From positions 119,846,001-119,910,000 of the forward strand of contig OZ024741.1 in NCBI GenBank assembly GCA_964016885.1: 64,000 bases of DNA, in the 5' to 3' direction. This document shows, one piece after another, positions 50,312 through 61,079 of this stretch. The notes beneath the pieces are model-generated. The model did not search any database. It was given only the letters and a program-made list of their open reading frames with translations, and was not told where the DNA came from. The stretch comes from Eledone cirrhosa (Eukaryota). The translations under genes were made by a program, and so were the position numbers. Position 1 is the first letter of the stretch; every line of letters starts with the position of its first letter.

Positions 50312-53300
50312 TCAGATATTCAGGACGTATCGGAGGGTTCTTGCCGTTCCAAGCAAGCATGCCTTTTGAAGCGTTCCAAAAAGCGCGAAGGGGCCGATTT
50401 TCTTTAACCATCCCTGGAAACCTTTGGAGATAGTCCCCAGTGCGCCTATGACAATCGGGATCACTTTGACTTCATGGCAGTTCCAAATCCTTTTCACCTC
50501 CCACTTTAGGTCCTGGTATCGGTTAATTTTCTCCCTCTCCTTCTCTTGCACTCTCGTGTCGAACGGGCAGGCCACATCCACAATCAGGCACGATCTTTTT
50601 TCTTTGTCCACAACCACCAGGTCAGGTCTATTGTGTTCCAGTTTTTTGTCCGTCTGTATCCTAAAATCCCACAGCACCTTCAGCTGACTGTTCTCCATCA
50701 CCGCCTCTGGCCTATGCTCATACCATTTCTCAGAATGTGGTAGATTGTTTACTTTGCACAGGTGCCAGTGGATCACCCTGCCCATCACATCGTGTCTCCA
50801 GCCCTTATAGTGGGTCTGGGCTAGGTGTTTACACTCGGACACAATGTGAGCCACAGTCTCCTCTCTCTCTCCACAGATCCTGCACAGTGGGCTAGCCTCC
50901 TCCTTGTAGATATGGTGCTTCAACCACTTCGTTTTGAGGGCCTGCTCCTGCGCAGCCATTAGCATTCCTTCTGTAGCCTTTTTGAGGTCTCCTCTTCTCA
51001 ACCAGTTCCATGTCTGTGGATCTCTAAATTCAGTTTTCTCAAAGAAGGTACTATGAAGGGATTTTCCCTTAAGGCTGCTCTTCCTCCTTGATGTTATTTC
51101 CTCCTTGGATATCCCCTGGCCTACTGTCCCCTCCTTCAGTACAGCTCTGAGCATTGGCTCCTTACTATAGGTCACGTATTTGTATAGGTTGTTTTTCTCC
51201 ATCTGAACACAGTCCTCTATGCTGATAAGACCTCTTCCACCCTCAGATCTCCTTAGGTAGAGTCTATCGACATCACTCCTCTTGTGGAACATGTTGTAGA
51301 TAGTCAATAGCTTCCTAGTCTTCCTATCCATTTCTTTTTGTTCAGCAACATTCCATCTCAAAATTCCCGCACTGTACCTAATAATAGACACAGCTCGGGA
51401 ATTTACTGCGCTTTTGGCATTTCTGCTGTTCAGATGTGACTTCAATACGCTCCTTACTCTCCGAATGTATTCAGTTCTTAACAATTCCTTCATTTTTTTG
51501 TTCTTTATGCCATCAGCCTCCAGAACGCCCAAATACTTGTATCCTTCCTCAGAGTCAATTTCCTTTATCATCTCACCTGTTGGTATCTGGATCCCGTTAC
51601 TTCTGCTCAACCTACCCCTCCTCATCACAATGACTCCACATTTACCAATACCAAACTGCATACATATATCACTGCTGAAAATACGGACAGTGTCAACAAG
51701 CACATCCAACTCCTTCTCACTTTTCCCGAAGAGCTTAAGATCGTCCATGAAGAGGAGGTGATTGATGGTAAGCACTCCCCTTCCCAACTTGTATCCTGCT
51801 CTCACTTTTCGCAGCATAATGGTCAAGGGCATCAGGGCAAGGACAAACAACAGAGGGGACAGGCTATCTCCCTGGAAGATACCTCTCTTGATCTTCACGC
51901 TTCCCAAGGATACTCCAGTTGATGTCAACTCTGTCTCCCAGGACCCCATACTCCTGCCCAGCAACTGTCTGATGTTATCTGCCACCCTGAAGATCTCCAG
52001 GCTTTTGGTGATCCAGGAATGAGGCACCATGTCAAATGCCTTTCTGTAGTCTATCCATCCCATGGCAAGATCAGTGTGTCTCCTCCTGCAATTCCCCATT
52101 ACCATCTTATCAATAAGCAACTGGTCCTTTGTACCACGTGACTTCTTTCGGCATCCTTTCTGTTCGTCCGGCAACAAGTTGTTTGTGTGGAGGTGATGGT
52201 AGATTTCCTCAGACACAATGCTCGTCAACAGTTTCCACATTACGGGCAGACATGTGATAGGTCTATAGTTGGTAACATCATTACCCCTGATTCGGTCTTT
52301 CATTATCAGAACTGTGGTACCTTTTGTCAACCACTCTGGCACCTCACCCGACACCAAGCAGTCATTGAACATGGCCGTCAGCTTCGGGTGGAGGGATGTT
52401 AAATGTTTAATCCAATACCCCTGCACACCATCTGGGCCTGGTGATTTCCAGTTGGTTAGTTTTTTGGCTTGCCCCTTAAGAGTTTCAACTGTGATACTCA
52501 AATCAGTCTGTTGCTGTGCCTGCTCACCGATCTCCCTCTGTACTGTCTCAATCCACCCTGCCTGGGCATTGTGTCTAACATCCTGCTCCCATATTCCTCT
52601 CCAGAATGTTTTAGCTTGTTCCGCCCCAGGGATCAAGTCGTTGCCTCTTTCTTTCCCCTCAAGCTGTCCAAACAGCATCTTCTGGTTGTTGTCGAACATG
52701 CGGTTCTGTTTATACTGACTGACTCTGTTCTCGTATCGCCTGATTTTGGCACTCTTTGCTACAATGCGTTGCTTCAATTCCTCTATGATAATATTTAGCT
52801 TTTTACTCCTAGTTTTGTATTTTATTTCCAGTCTATTTTTAGTGCCTATGTTTTTTAGTGTCCCATTCAGTAGTGACTCAAGCTTTCCTATGTCATTTCT
52901 CATTTCCCCGATTTGCCCACTCAGTCGCTTCTTCCACCACGGCTCTGCTCTTTCTTGTCTGTTGTTTCCTCTCGCTTTTATACCAAGTAGTTTCCTCACC
53001 ATATTTGCTGTTGCTTTGAGGATATTGTTGCACTGGTGAAGACTCCTCGCCTCAAGGTATGGGATGACTTTGTTTACCTTAGCTGTTGTTTCTTTTAACT
53101 TTTTCCTGTCTACAAATCTTAGGTTCATAGGTCTCCCACTATCATTGTTCAACTCATCTACCACTAAATTTAGGATGTCAACCGAATCTTGTCCTAGCCC
53201 GTCAGCATTCATCTCCTCAGTGGGCGTATCTCTGTTCCAGGTATTATTTATCTCAGTATTCAGATCATTGTCTGCTTCGGGTGGTTCCTCCGTTCTCAGG

Positions 53301-53704
53301 ACCTCCTCACCTTCATTTCCCACCGGCTCGCTTGTCTGGCATACTACACCCGCCATCTCCAAGCCATTCTCTCTGCTCAGTTCCTCCAGTTCCAGCTCGC
53401 TTATCCACCCATTAGTTCTTATTACCCGAGCCTGCCCGGCCAATTTTTGTTCATCTAATTTAAATAAACCAATCTCGTTCCAGATGTTATGCATCCGTCT
53501 CCTGTAGCCCCTCTCCTTGGGGTTACTTTTCAGGTAGCATTGCATAACAGTTCTATTCAATTCTTTCGTCCAGTTGGTTCTGGCCCCTTTCCTTCTTCTT
53601 CTTCCTCCAACATCAGCAGTATTTGGTTGACAGTCAGGTTCCTGCTGCTGAGCCAGGGGGCACCTGTTGGGTGAGAGTCTGTCACATGACGTTCTAGTCT
53701 CCAT
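50312..53704 (-). CDS. Intact R4-A RT/RLE polyprotein, 1130 aa
   Basis: KSPGPDG, NYRPITCL, GIFQGDSLSP, FMDD, CRICG..HIVSEC, RHD, RPDL..VDVACP..K..RY all intact. Confidence 0.94.
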   Translation of the reverse strand: METRTSCDRLSPNRCPLAQQQEPDCQPNTADVGGRRRRKGARTNWTKELNRTVMQCYLKSNPKERGYRRRMHNIWNEIGLFKLDEQKLAGQARVIRTNGWISELELEELSRENGLEMAGVVCQTSEPVGNEGEEVLRTEEPPEADNDLNTEINNTWNRDTPTEEMNADGLGQDSVDILNLVVDELNNDSGRPMNLRFVDRKKLKETTAKVNKVIPYLEARSLHQCNNILKATANMVRKLLGIKARGNNRQERAEPWWKKRLSGQIGEMRNDIGKLESLLNGTLKNIGTKNRLEIKYKTRSKKLNIIIEELKQRIVAKSAKIRRYENRVSQYKQNRMFDNNQKMLFGQLEGKERGNDLIPGAEQAKTFWRGIWEQDVRHNAQAGWIETVQREIGEQAQQQTDLSITVETLKGQAKKLTNWKSPGPDGVQGYWIKHLTSLHPKLTAMFNDCLVSGEVPEWLTKGTTVLIMKDRIRGNDVTNYRPITCLPVMWKLLTSIVSEEIYHHLHTNNLLPDEQKGCRKKSRGTKDQLLIDKMVMGNCRRRHTDLAMGWIDYRKAFDMVPHSWITKSLEIFRVADNIRQLLGRSMGSWETELTSTGVSLGSVKIKRGIFQGDSLSPLLFVLALMPLTIMLRKVRAGYKLGRGVLTINHLLFMDDLKLFGKSEKELDVLVDTVRIFSSDICMQFGIGKCGVIVMRRGRLSRSNGIQIPTGEMIKEIDSEEGYKYLGVLEADGIKNKKMKELLRTEYIRRVRSVLKSHLNSRNAKSAVNSRAVSIIRYSAGILRWNVAEQKEMDRKTRKLLTIYNMFHKRSDVDRLYLRRSEGGRGLISIEDCVQMEKNNLYKYVTYSKEPMLRAVLKEGTVGQGISKEEITSRRKSSLKGKSLHSTFFEKTEFRDPQTWNWLRRGDLKKATEGMLMAAQEQALKTKWLKHHIYKEEASPLCRICGEREETVAHIVSECKHLAQTHYKGWRHDVMGRVIHWHLCKVNNLPHSEKWYEHRPEAVMENSQLKVLWDFRIQTDKKLEHNRPDLVVVDKEKRSCLIVDVACPFDTRVQEKEREKINRYQDLKWEVKRIWNCHEVKVIPIVIGALGTISKGFQGWLKKIGPFALFGTLQKACLLGTARTLRYVLNI

Positions 53705-54273
53705 TTCACCGTTATTCGAACTGTTTATGTTCGATATTTAAACACTCTTATCGAGGATTGGCGAATGTATGTTTACATAGCCATCTGTGGATCCGCCATC
53801 CCACTTGGCCCTTGTGTGGCATTATCACCACGCTGTATACGGACACACATAAAGAAACAAACACACGGGCAGAAAGGGCCCCAAAAATGAATAAGCATAA
53901 GTTTCATTGTAATGTAGTATTCGAATGTCTGACTTAGTTTTTGTTTTTTAAGTTTTACTTTTTCCCCCCTCTTCTCTGTCCGTCCGCCTGCTTCTCTCTT
54001 CATTCTTATTTTCTTTACGTTTTTGGGGTTTCTTTTTTTGTTTTTGTTTTTCTCTGTTTTTCTCGTTTTTTACTGTTGTTGCTGTGCTGCTTTTGTTGTT
54101 TGTTTTTTCTTTTTTCTTTTGAGTCTATCTATATATTTTGATGCCTTCCTCTTTGTTAGTAGTAGGAATTCTATAATGTGGAAGTGGTAGCCAGCAGAAA
54201 CTGGCGGCGTTGGCGATACTGAGACAGTGGTGGTGGTGATGTCGATACCGAGGCAGTGGTGGCGGTGATGCGA

Positions 54274-54921
54274 CCGTATTACTGTAGTGATGGTGCTGTA
54301 GCGGTGGCAGCAGCAGTGAAGGAGTCAGGGGGTGGTGGCGGCGGTGATGGGATAGTGGTGGTAATGATGGCCGTAGTGAGCGGTGGCGGTGAAGGTGAAA
54401 ATGCTGTTGTGTTTAGTGTACACAGATGATGGGGTGGGTGGTGTATCTAGTTTCTGGTGTTGGTGAGTTTCGCTGTCCTATATAGTGTAGCCAGAGGAGA
54501 GGAGGGGGGGGGGGGTTCTTCTTCTTCCATTTATAGCCATTTTATTTTTTTTTTGGATATACAGTGTACAATACAAAGTTGAATATTTGAATATTTGAGC
54601 CGTATTACTGTAGTGATGGTGCTGTAGCGGTGGCAGCAGCAGTGAAGGAGTCAAGGGGTGGTGGCGGCGGTGATGGGATAGTGGTGGTAATGATGGCCGT
54701 AGTGAGCGGTGGCGGTGAAGGTGAAAATGCTGTTGTGTTTAGTGTACACAGATGATGGGGTGGGTGGTGTATCTAGTTTCTGGTGTTGGTGAGTTTAGCT
54801 GTCCTATATAGTGTAGCCAGAGGAGAGGAGGGGGGGGGGGGTTCTTCTTCTTCCATTTATAGCCATTTTTTTTTTTAGATATACAGTGTACAATACAAAG
54901 TTGAATATTTGAATATTTGAG
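54274..54921. repeat. Tandem duplication of ~326 bp (54274-54599 / 54600-54921) with CC microhomology
   Basis: Segment is single in copy 2 (31424-31746) and doubled here. Confidence 0.9.
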
Positions 54922-55089
54922 CCTTATAACAATATATTTTGGGTCCGAATTTTTTTGGGGCTCAAGCCGGGTGCTTTACGTAGCATTTGTACTAAGAGTT
55001 GTTATTTCACAAATGATTTAAATATGTTAAAAATTCAAAACTTACGGGAGCGATTTCATGACCTCCGTCACCTCGTGCGTCTTCTTCCC

Positions 55090-55168
<79 letters not shown>

Positions 55169-55170
<2 letters not shown>

Positions 55171-55229
55171 GTATATGTCGATATCTATATCTATATCTCT
55201 ATGTCGATATCTATATCTATATGTATATA
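55169..55229. repeat. Terminal stub of the TYGATATC/TATATC satellite
   Basis: ATGTATATGTCGATATCTATATC... same monomers and orientation as 1-19887. Confidence 0.9.
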
Positions 55230-55969
55230 CTCCCGTTAAAGAACTTTTCTATGAGCCTACAAATTCTACCATTCAAAAGACAGATACATCTGCCTCTAAG
55301 CATTTATTAGTAAGAGTCGAAAATCAGTATCTCTTATGTTTGCTCGCATCACACTAAGTTGGTAATACATTACCAGCGGCATATCTGCATACGTGCATAA
55401 CTACACCTCATAATTGCATGAGAATCTGATGATGTCACACGGAGTCTGTCAATGATATAACCACGACGCTAAAATATACATTTTGCAATACACATAAAAC
55501 AATTATAGAAAAGTAGCATTGTCTTAACAATATTTCGTAAAAGTCTATATCTATATCTATATCTATATCTATCTATTTATATATGTATATAGATATCAGT
55601 TCGGATATATATGATATATAAAACTGAACCTTTTTTTGTGCGAGTCTTATTGTTATATAAAAATATTTATATAATCTCAAACCAAATTGAAGAAATAAAA
55701 TATTAATTGAAATACTATGCTAATTACGATACGAAGATAAGTTTAATAAGAAGTCACATCTGTTGCCGAATACCTAATACTTATTCCATATATTTCAAGG
55801 TATTACATAATGATATTTTAGGGTGCGATCCACAAAAAATCCTATAGATTTTGCTAATTTAACCTTGGTACATCCTCACCCAAAAGGTAAGAGTTAAAAT
55901 GTTAATTGAAGACATAATAAGGCACTATAAAAGTTGCTGTAATTTTGAACATAGGAGTAAAACACTCCA

Positions 55970-56023
55970 CTACTACTACTGCTACTACCTCTACTACTAC
56001 TGCTACTGTTGTTGCTGCTACTG

Positions 56024-56061
<38 letters not shown>

Positions 56062-56125
56062 GCTACTGCTGCTGCTGCTGCTGCAGCCGCTGCTACTACT
56101 ATTGCTGCTGCTGCTGCTGCTGCTG

Positions 56126-56191
<66 letters not shown>

Positions 56192-56460
56192 ACAACACCA
56201 TCAACCCTACCACACCTATCACCACTATTACCACCACCAACCCCACCACATCTATCACCACTATTACCACCACCAACCCCACCACACCTATCACCACTAT
56301 TACCACCACCACCATCAACCCTACCACACCTATCACCACTATTACCAGCACCACCACCACCATCAACCCTACCACACCTATCACAACGATTACCACCATC
56401 ACCACCACCACCACCACCACCACCACCATCAGTACCACCAAGTCAACAACCGCCAACGTT
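55970..56460. repeat. Compound (TAC)n/(TGC)n microsatellite followed by a 33-42 bp ACC-rich minisatellite (AACCCYACCACACCTATCACCACTATTACCACC...)
   Basis: Directly visible. Confidence 0.9.
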
Positions 56461-57155
56461 ACAACAACTTCACAAAGAATATCAGATTTTATAAATACAA
56501 ATAGAGGGAAATAGTGCTACGAACGACCAATATTAGTGAGCCAGGTCAATCTAATTCAACCATTAACATAATATCTTATTGTCTTCTAAGATAAGACAAA
56601 CAAGATTTTGTGGACAATGAAGAGATTATTTTATTTTAAAAATATCTCACTATCTTGAAAAGTTCTCTTTAAAAGAGTTTTTTTTTAGTAAATCTATTTT
56701 CCATAATAATATGTTTAACTAATTCGGTAATTCTTTCACTAATTAACTAATTATGGAATAATTAATTTGGCAACTCTGTAAATATAATCTGAGTAGCCAG
56801 AGAAATTTAGCTGTAGGCAACATATCAGACGTACTTGTATATTACGGAATCACACTTATTACGTAAGTAACAATATCATTGACTAGATATCTATTGCTTG
56901 TTTATGTTCTTTATCTACTTTATCTATTTTATTAGACGGTGATATTTAGATTTTAAGTTTTTAAATGTATTATGTTTGTAGTTGCGTATTGTGTAGAAGC
57001 GAAATGACAGATTGAATAAAATTAGAATTGTTGGTCATATATTGTAAATCCAACACTTCTATGGAAGTATTTGCCTGTTTACAATTAGATAGCTGTCATC
57101 TATATTGTCTTGTTGTCCGTCGGTGTCTGAAATATTTATAGGAGTTTTCTAAGGG

Positions 57156-57286
57156 ATGGTTAATAAGGAAAGTTATATATATTTACATATACTTACACGC
57201 ACACAAGCACACACACATACATACATAGACATAGTTGGTCTTGAACTTATACTGTTGAAACGGAAGGGCTTTTCCTATGGGACTAT

Positions 57287-57290
<4 letters not shown>
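57156..57290. repeat. ~135-bp dispersed repeat abutting (TA)n, copy 1
   Basis: Near-identical direct copy at 63577-63715. Confidence 0.85.
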
Positions 57291-57349
<59 letters not shown>

Positions 57350-57560
57350 TATTTACGTATCGAGAAAGAGAAAAAAAAGGGGAGGATAGGTGATACATAT
57401 GGTTATTTGCCAAGTAGCGTATGCCAAAGGTGCTCAATACTAGTGCCGGCAGTATTAAATATTCGAAGTGTTAATATTTAGTGGGCTAGAGAGTTAGGAG
57501 AGCGTAAGCACGTGGGAAACCTCTGGTAATGAGGTAATTATATTGTATTGATTTTTATAC

Positions 57561-57607
<47 letters not shown>

Positions 57608-57839
57608 ATGCATGTTCCTGTGTGAATTAGTGAGTATATTAACAAGTGTGTGTGTGTACAATTATGTGGGTATGTTTATATAGATTGCTGTGTGTATACA
57701 GATTTATGCATCTGTCCGATGTTTTCATGTTGTGAAATGTATGTGTATGTTTGTGTGTGCGTTTGTATTTGTGTGCTAGTGTTTGTGAGTGTGCGAGTAA
57801 ATATACATTTGTACAATTATAGACATTTGCATATATGTG

Positions 57840-57914
<75 letters not shown>

Positions 57915-57948
57915 GTATGCATATATATATATATGTGTGTGTGTGTGC

Positions 57949-57987
<39 letters not shown>

Positions 57988-58138
57988 TACGCGAAAGCGT
58001 TCAACCCCTGAAACTAAAAGATCGAACGGACCACATCCGGCAACCACTGGCTATTAGATCCACAGGTACATCTCCCAGAGAGTCCACGCAGATAATAGTG
58101 AGCCCCAGGTGATCTATGAACGTTTAAACAAGACCAGC

Positions 58139-58275
58139 TGCGCCTGGAGCTATGCAGATGACTGCATACGCATAATGGATATCGTGCCTGGAGCTATGCA
58201 GATGACTGCATACGCATAATGGATATCGTGCCTGGAGCTATGCAGGGGACTGCATAGGCAGAATGGATATCGCGC
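58139..58275. repeat. 44-bp tandem repeat x3, each with hairpin TATGCAG-N4-CTGCATA
   Basis: GCCTGGAGC at 58142, 58186 and 58230. Confidence 0.9.
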
Positions 58276-58307
58276 CCACACGGTCACCAGTACTGTTCAT
58301 CCTGTTA

Positions 58308-58465
58308 TATTTTGTAATAATTTTATGATAATTTTGTAATAATTTTGCGATAATTTTATGATAGTTTGATAATTTTGTAATGATTTTGTGGTAATTTTGT
58401 GATGATTTGATAATTTTGTAAAGATTATGTGGTAATTTTGTAATAATTTTGTAATAATTTTTAAT
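58308..58465. repeat. Degenerate 11-bp minisatellite (TAATTTTGTRA)
   Basis: Directly visible. Confidence 0.8.
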
Positions 58466-59383
58466 CCTGTATCAATAATTTTAGAATGTTTTTTTTGTGA
58501 TAATACATGGTTGGATCACTGAAGCTACCTTATACCTTCTTAAAGATACATTTTATGATTATTGTCTTTTTACTTATGTATTTTCTTAGTTACCACTTTC
58601 TTTAATCTTGCCCAACTTGATAAACTCCTTGAATTGCTCCCTAATTAAATTACTTAAATTGCTTAGATTATTGTATCTATTATGCCTAAGTTGTATCTGT
58701 TGAAGCAGCCCTTTGAAAATTCATCGGATATCCCAAATACCGTAATTTTTAATTTTTAACTTTTAATGTATAATTTTCCTCAATTCGTTTTTATATTTAT
58801 CCTTAAAGGCTCTCTAAAATTTTAATTCTTCGAAGGGTCTCTCGGAAGAAGTTCCTATTGGAAATATTAAAGGGGCCTTTTCTGAGAGATTTATGGAAGG
58901 CTCTCTGAATTAACCTCTAATTGATTAGTTTCTTTCAACCTAGTTTTCAATTCAGTTTTCAGAATTTTGTAAACGTGATCTCGGGGGAAGAAGGTTTTTT
59001 TCTTTCGGAAAAAATTTTTTTTCTCTAGAAGAAATTTCATAGGAACTTTATATATTTTTTAGGGAAACTTTATATTTTTATTTTCTTATTTTATTAGCCT
59101 CTTAATTTTCTTCTAGACTAATAGGTTTATTGGAGCCTGTAAGCTTTATGCACTCATTGAGGGATTTTCTGGGGTGCTTCTGCGGGACCCCAAGTCTTTT
59201 AGTTTAATGTTGATGCGTAAATTATATATTTTTGTCTAATTTTTAAACTTCAATCCCTGACCCCGACAACTAATATAAAAGAGCCCCCCTTAAAGCGGAG
59301 TTGCTGATGTATACAACAATTTCAAACTGCTAGCCTTGAGTGATACGTTGATGTAAACAATGATCTTGCAATCACATGTTATA

Positions 59384-59430
59384 TGCCTTGATAAGTCCCA
59401 CCATGGGGTCGGACGAAACGGCTGTCGGCA
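59384..59430 (+). ncRNA. Type-I hammerhead ribozyme, U3-A8 core variant
   Basis: TGCC-TTGATAA-GTCC..GGAC-GAAA-C GGCT G-TC^-GGCA: perfect stems I and II, GUC triplet; AATAAA follows immediately. Confidence 0.7.
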
Positions 59431-59583
59431 ATAAACTTGTTATAATGTCATAATAGTTCCTTTGTTCTTTTTCACTAATATTTCTGCTCTGCGTATACGC
59501 ATAGAGCTTAACTAGCTACCGTCACATATTTGGTAAGTCAGACGTGATCATCGCGATTCACATACGACCTACCATACATCTTA

Positions 59584-59625
<42 letters not shown>

Positions 59626-59776
59626 AATATATTACACAAAGAGAAGTGTGTTACACAGTGAGGAGATGTGGGTAAATAATTATTACAAGTGGGTTTTACT
59701 GTTACTGTATAGAGAACAATATCTACAAGTTTAGCAATTAAATAGAAAAAAACTAAGTCAGAATCAAATCTCTGAA

Positions 59777-59841
<65 letters not shown>

Positions 59842-59852
59842 TACATATATAT

Positions 59853-60189
59853 ATAAGTAAAAGAATTAATGAAAGAGTTACAAGCCGTTAAAACATATTT
59901 TTATATAGCTCTTACACATGTTTCGCCCAATGGGGCTCGTCAGAGGCAGATATTAAAGGCAAAGTTTTTCATTATAGACCCTAATAGGGTAAAATAATAG
60001 TTTTACATCACCGTGCATATTAAATTTAAATGTTAATGCACGGCGATGTAAAACTATTATTTTACCCTATATTAAAAACTTTGCCTTTAATATTTGTTCC
60101 GATGAATCCCATTGGGCGAAACATGTGTAGAAGCTATATAAAAATATGTTTTAACGGCTTGTAACTCTTTCATTAATTATTTTGCTTAT
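59853..60189. mobile_element. ~337-bp imperfect palindrome, Penelope-like terminal fragment in inverted arrangement
   Basis: Arms are reverse complements around ~60025; each arm has a hammerhead core. Confidence 0.75.
59907..59947 (-). ncRNA. Minimal type-I hammerhead ribozyme (Penelope type)
   Basis: Minus strand GCCT-CTGACGA-GCCC CATT GGGC-GAAA-C ATGT G-TA^-AGAGC; the mirror copy at ~60096-60134 has a mutated core (CCGATGA). Confidence 0.72.
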
Positions 60190-60348
60190 CACAGCTCTGC
60201 TTAACCTTTACACTAAATGTTAACTTTCTCTAATATTGAACCCTGATAACCCAAGCATTGAGCACTTACGCATCCGCTTTTAGCATGTAATATTCTGTAT
60301 CGCACCTCTTTATTCCTATTCTTTCTATCCTCTTTTACGATACTGTAT

Positions 60349-60437
<89 letters not shown>

Positions 60438-60442
<5 letters not shown>

Positions 60443-60650
60443 TATGTATACGTACATACATATATGTATACAGACGTACAGTAGTATGTATATATATATA
60501 TATACATACATGCACACATATATATATGTACGTATGGATTCACCGAACATTATTATAATGCTCGGTGTGTTTGTAAACAAACATCCCGAATGAAGCCGTA
60601 CAGTGTCTAGCAACCATCGTTGCTCATTTGTTCAACACTGATAAAGGAAC
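60438..60650 (-). mobile_element. Diverged dispersed homologue of the 3' part of the satellite cassette
   Basis: Reverse complement GTTCCTTTATCAGTGTTGAA...TACGGC...TTTACAAAC...TTATAATAA...CTACTGTACGTCTGTATACATATATGTATGTACGTATACATAC aligns with 1349-1581. Confidence 0.8.
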
Positions 60651-60747
60651 ATACATATATGTACGTATACATACTTATATTTAAGTAACAGCCGTACTAA
60701 GAGTGAGAAATGAAATTTCGTTTCATTTTTTCCGTTTATATATATAT

Positions 60748-60884
60748 ATATTTATTAAAATAACCGATTAAAATTTAAGCAAAGAATCGCTGCTTTCATC
60801 CTTAACGGGATCTTCTGAAGATCCCGTTAAGGGTGAAAGCAGCAATTCTTTGCTTAAAATTTAATCTGTTATTTTAATAAATAT
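60748..60884. repeat. 137-bp near-perfect palindrome centred on 60816; third partial arm at ~61077-61126
   Basis: ...TTAACGGGATCTTC T GAAGATCCCGTTAA...; contains a CTGAAGA..GAAA partial hammerhead core. Confidence 0.85.
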
Positions 60885-60977
60885 TTGCTCTACGGTTCTT
60901 ATATATCTGATATATATTTATCCTTATCGAGCCCTCTTTGGATTTTAGTCTTCAAATTTATTATTATTACTATATAT

Positions 60978-61079
<102 letters not shown>

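Larger units (their letters stand above)
50238..55089 (-). mobile_element. R4-A copy 5, long form with intact ORF and a ~326-bp tandem duplication in the 5' segment
   Basis: Flanked by (TAA)n; same termini as copy 2. Confidence 0.92.
23585..55168. repeat. Nine (TTA)n tracts separating stacked retrotransposons: 23585-23626, 27319-27365, 31913-32001, 32929-32971, 38912-38929, 44951-44983, 46067-46086, 50191-50237, 55090-55168
   Basis: Directly visible; every element boundary in the block coincides with a tract. Confidence 0.95.

Noticed and set aside
23774-53674. Recurrent antisense ORFs over the R4 and Tx1 elements (e.g. MKGPIFFNHPW..., MAFLLFRCDF...)
   Set aside because: Shadows of the sense ORFs; they recur only because the elements are near-identical copies.
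23585-55168. Telomeric retrotransposon array
   Set aside because: No TTAGGG/TTAGG repeats; the block is internal, with satellite and other DNA on both sides.
55899-56514. Mucin-like poly-Thr/Ala or poly-Leu ORFs
   Set aside because: Pure trinucleotide microsatellite and minisatellite; no splice or domain evidence.
58139-58275. CRISPR-like array
   Set aside because: Units are contiguous with no unique spacers, no cas genes, eukaryotic context.
60815-60850. Functional hammerhead at the palindrome centre
   Set aside because: CTGAAGA and GAAA are present but the stem I 5' strand is lost at the inversion and stem III cannot be drawn convincingly.
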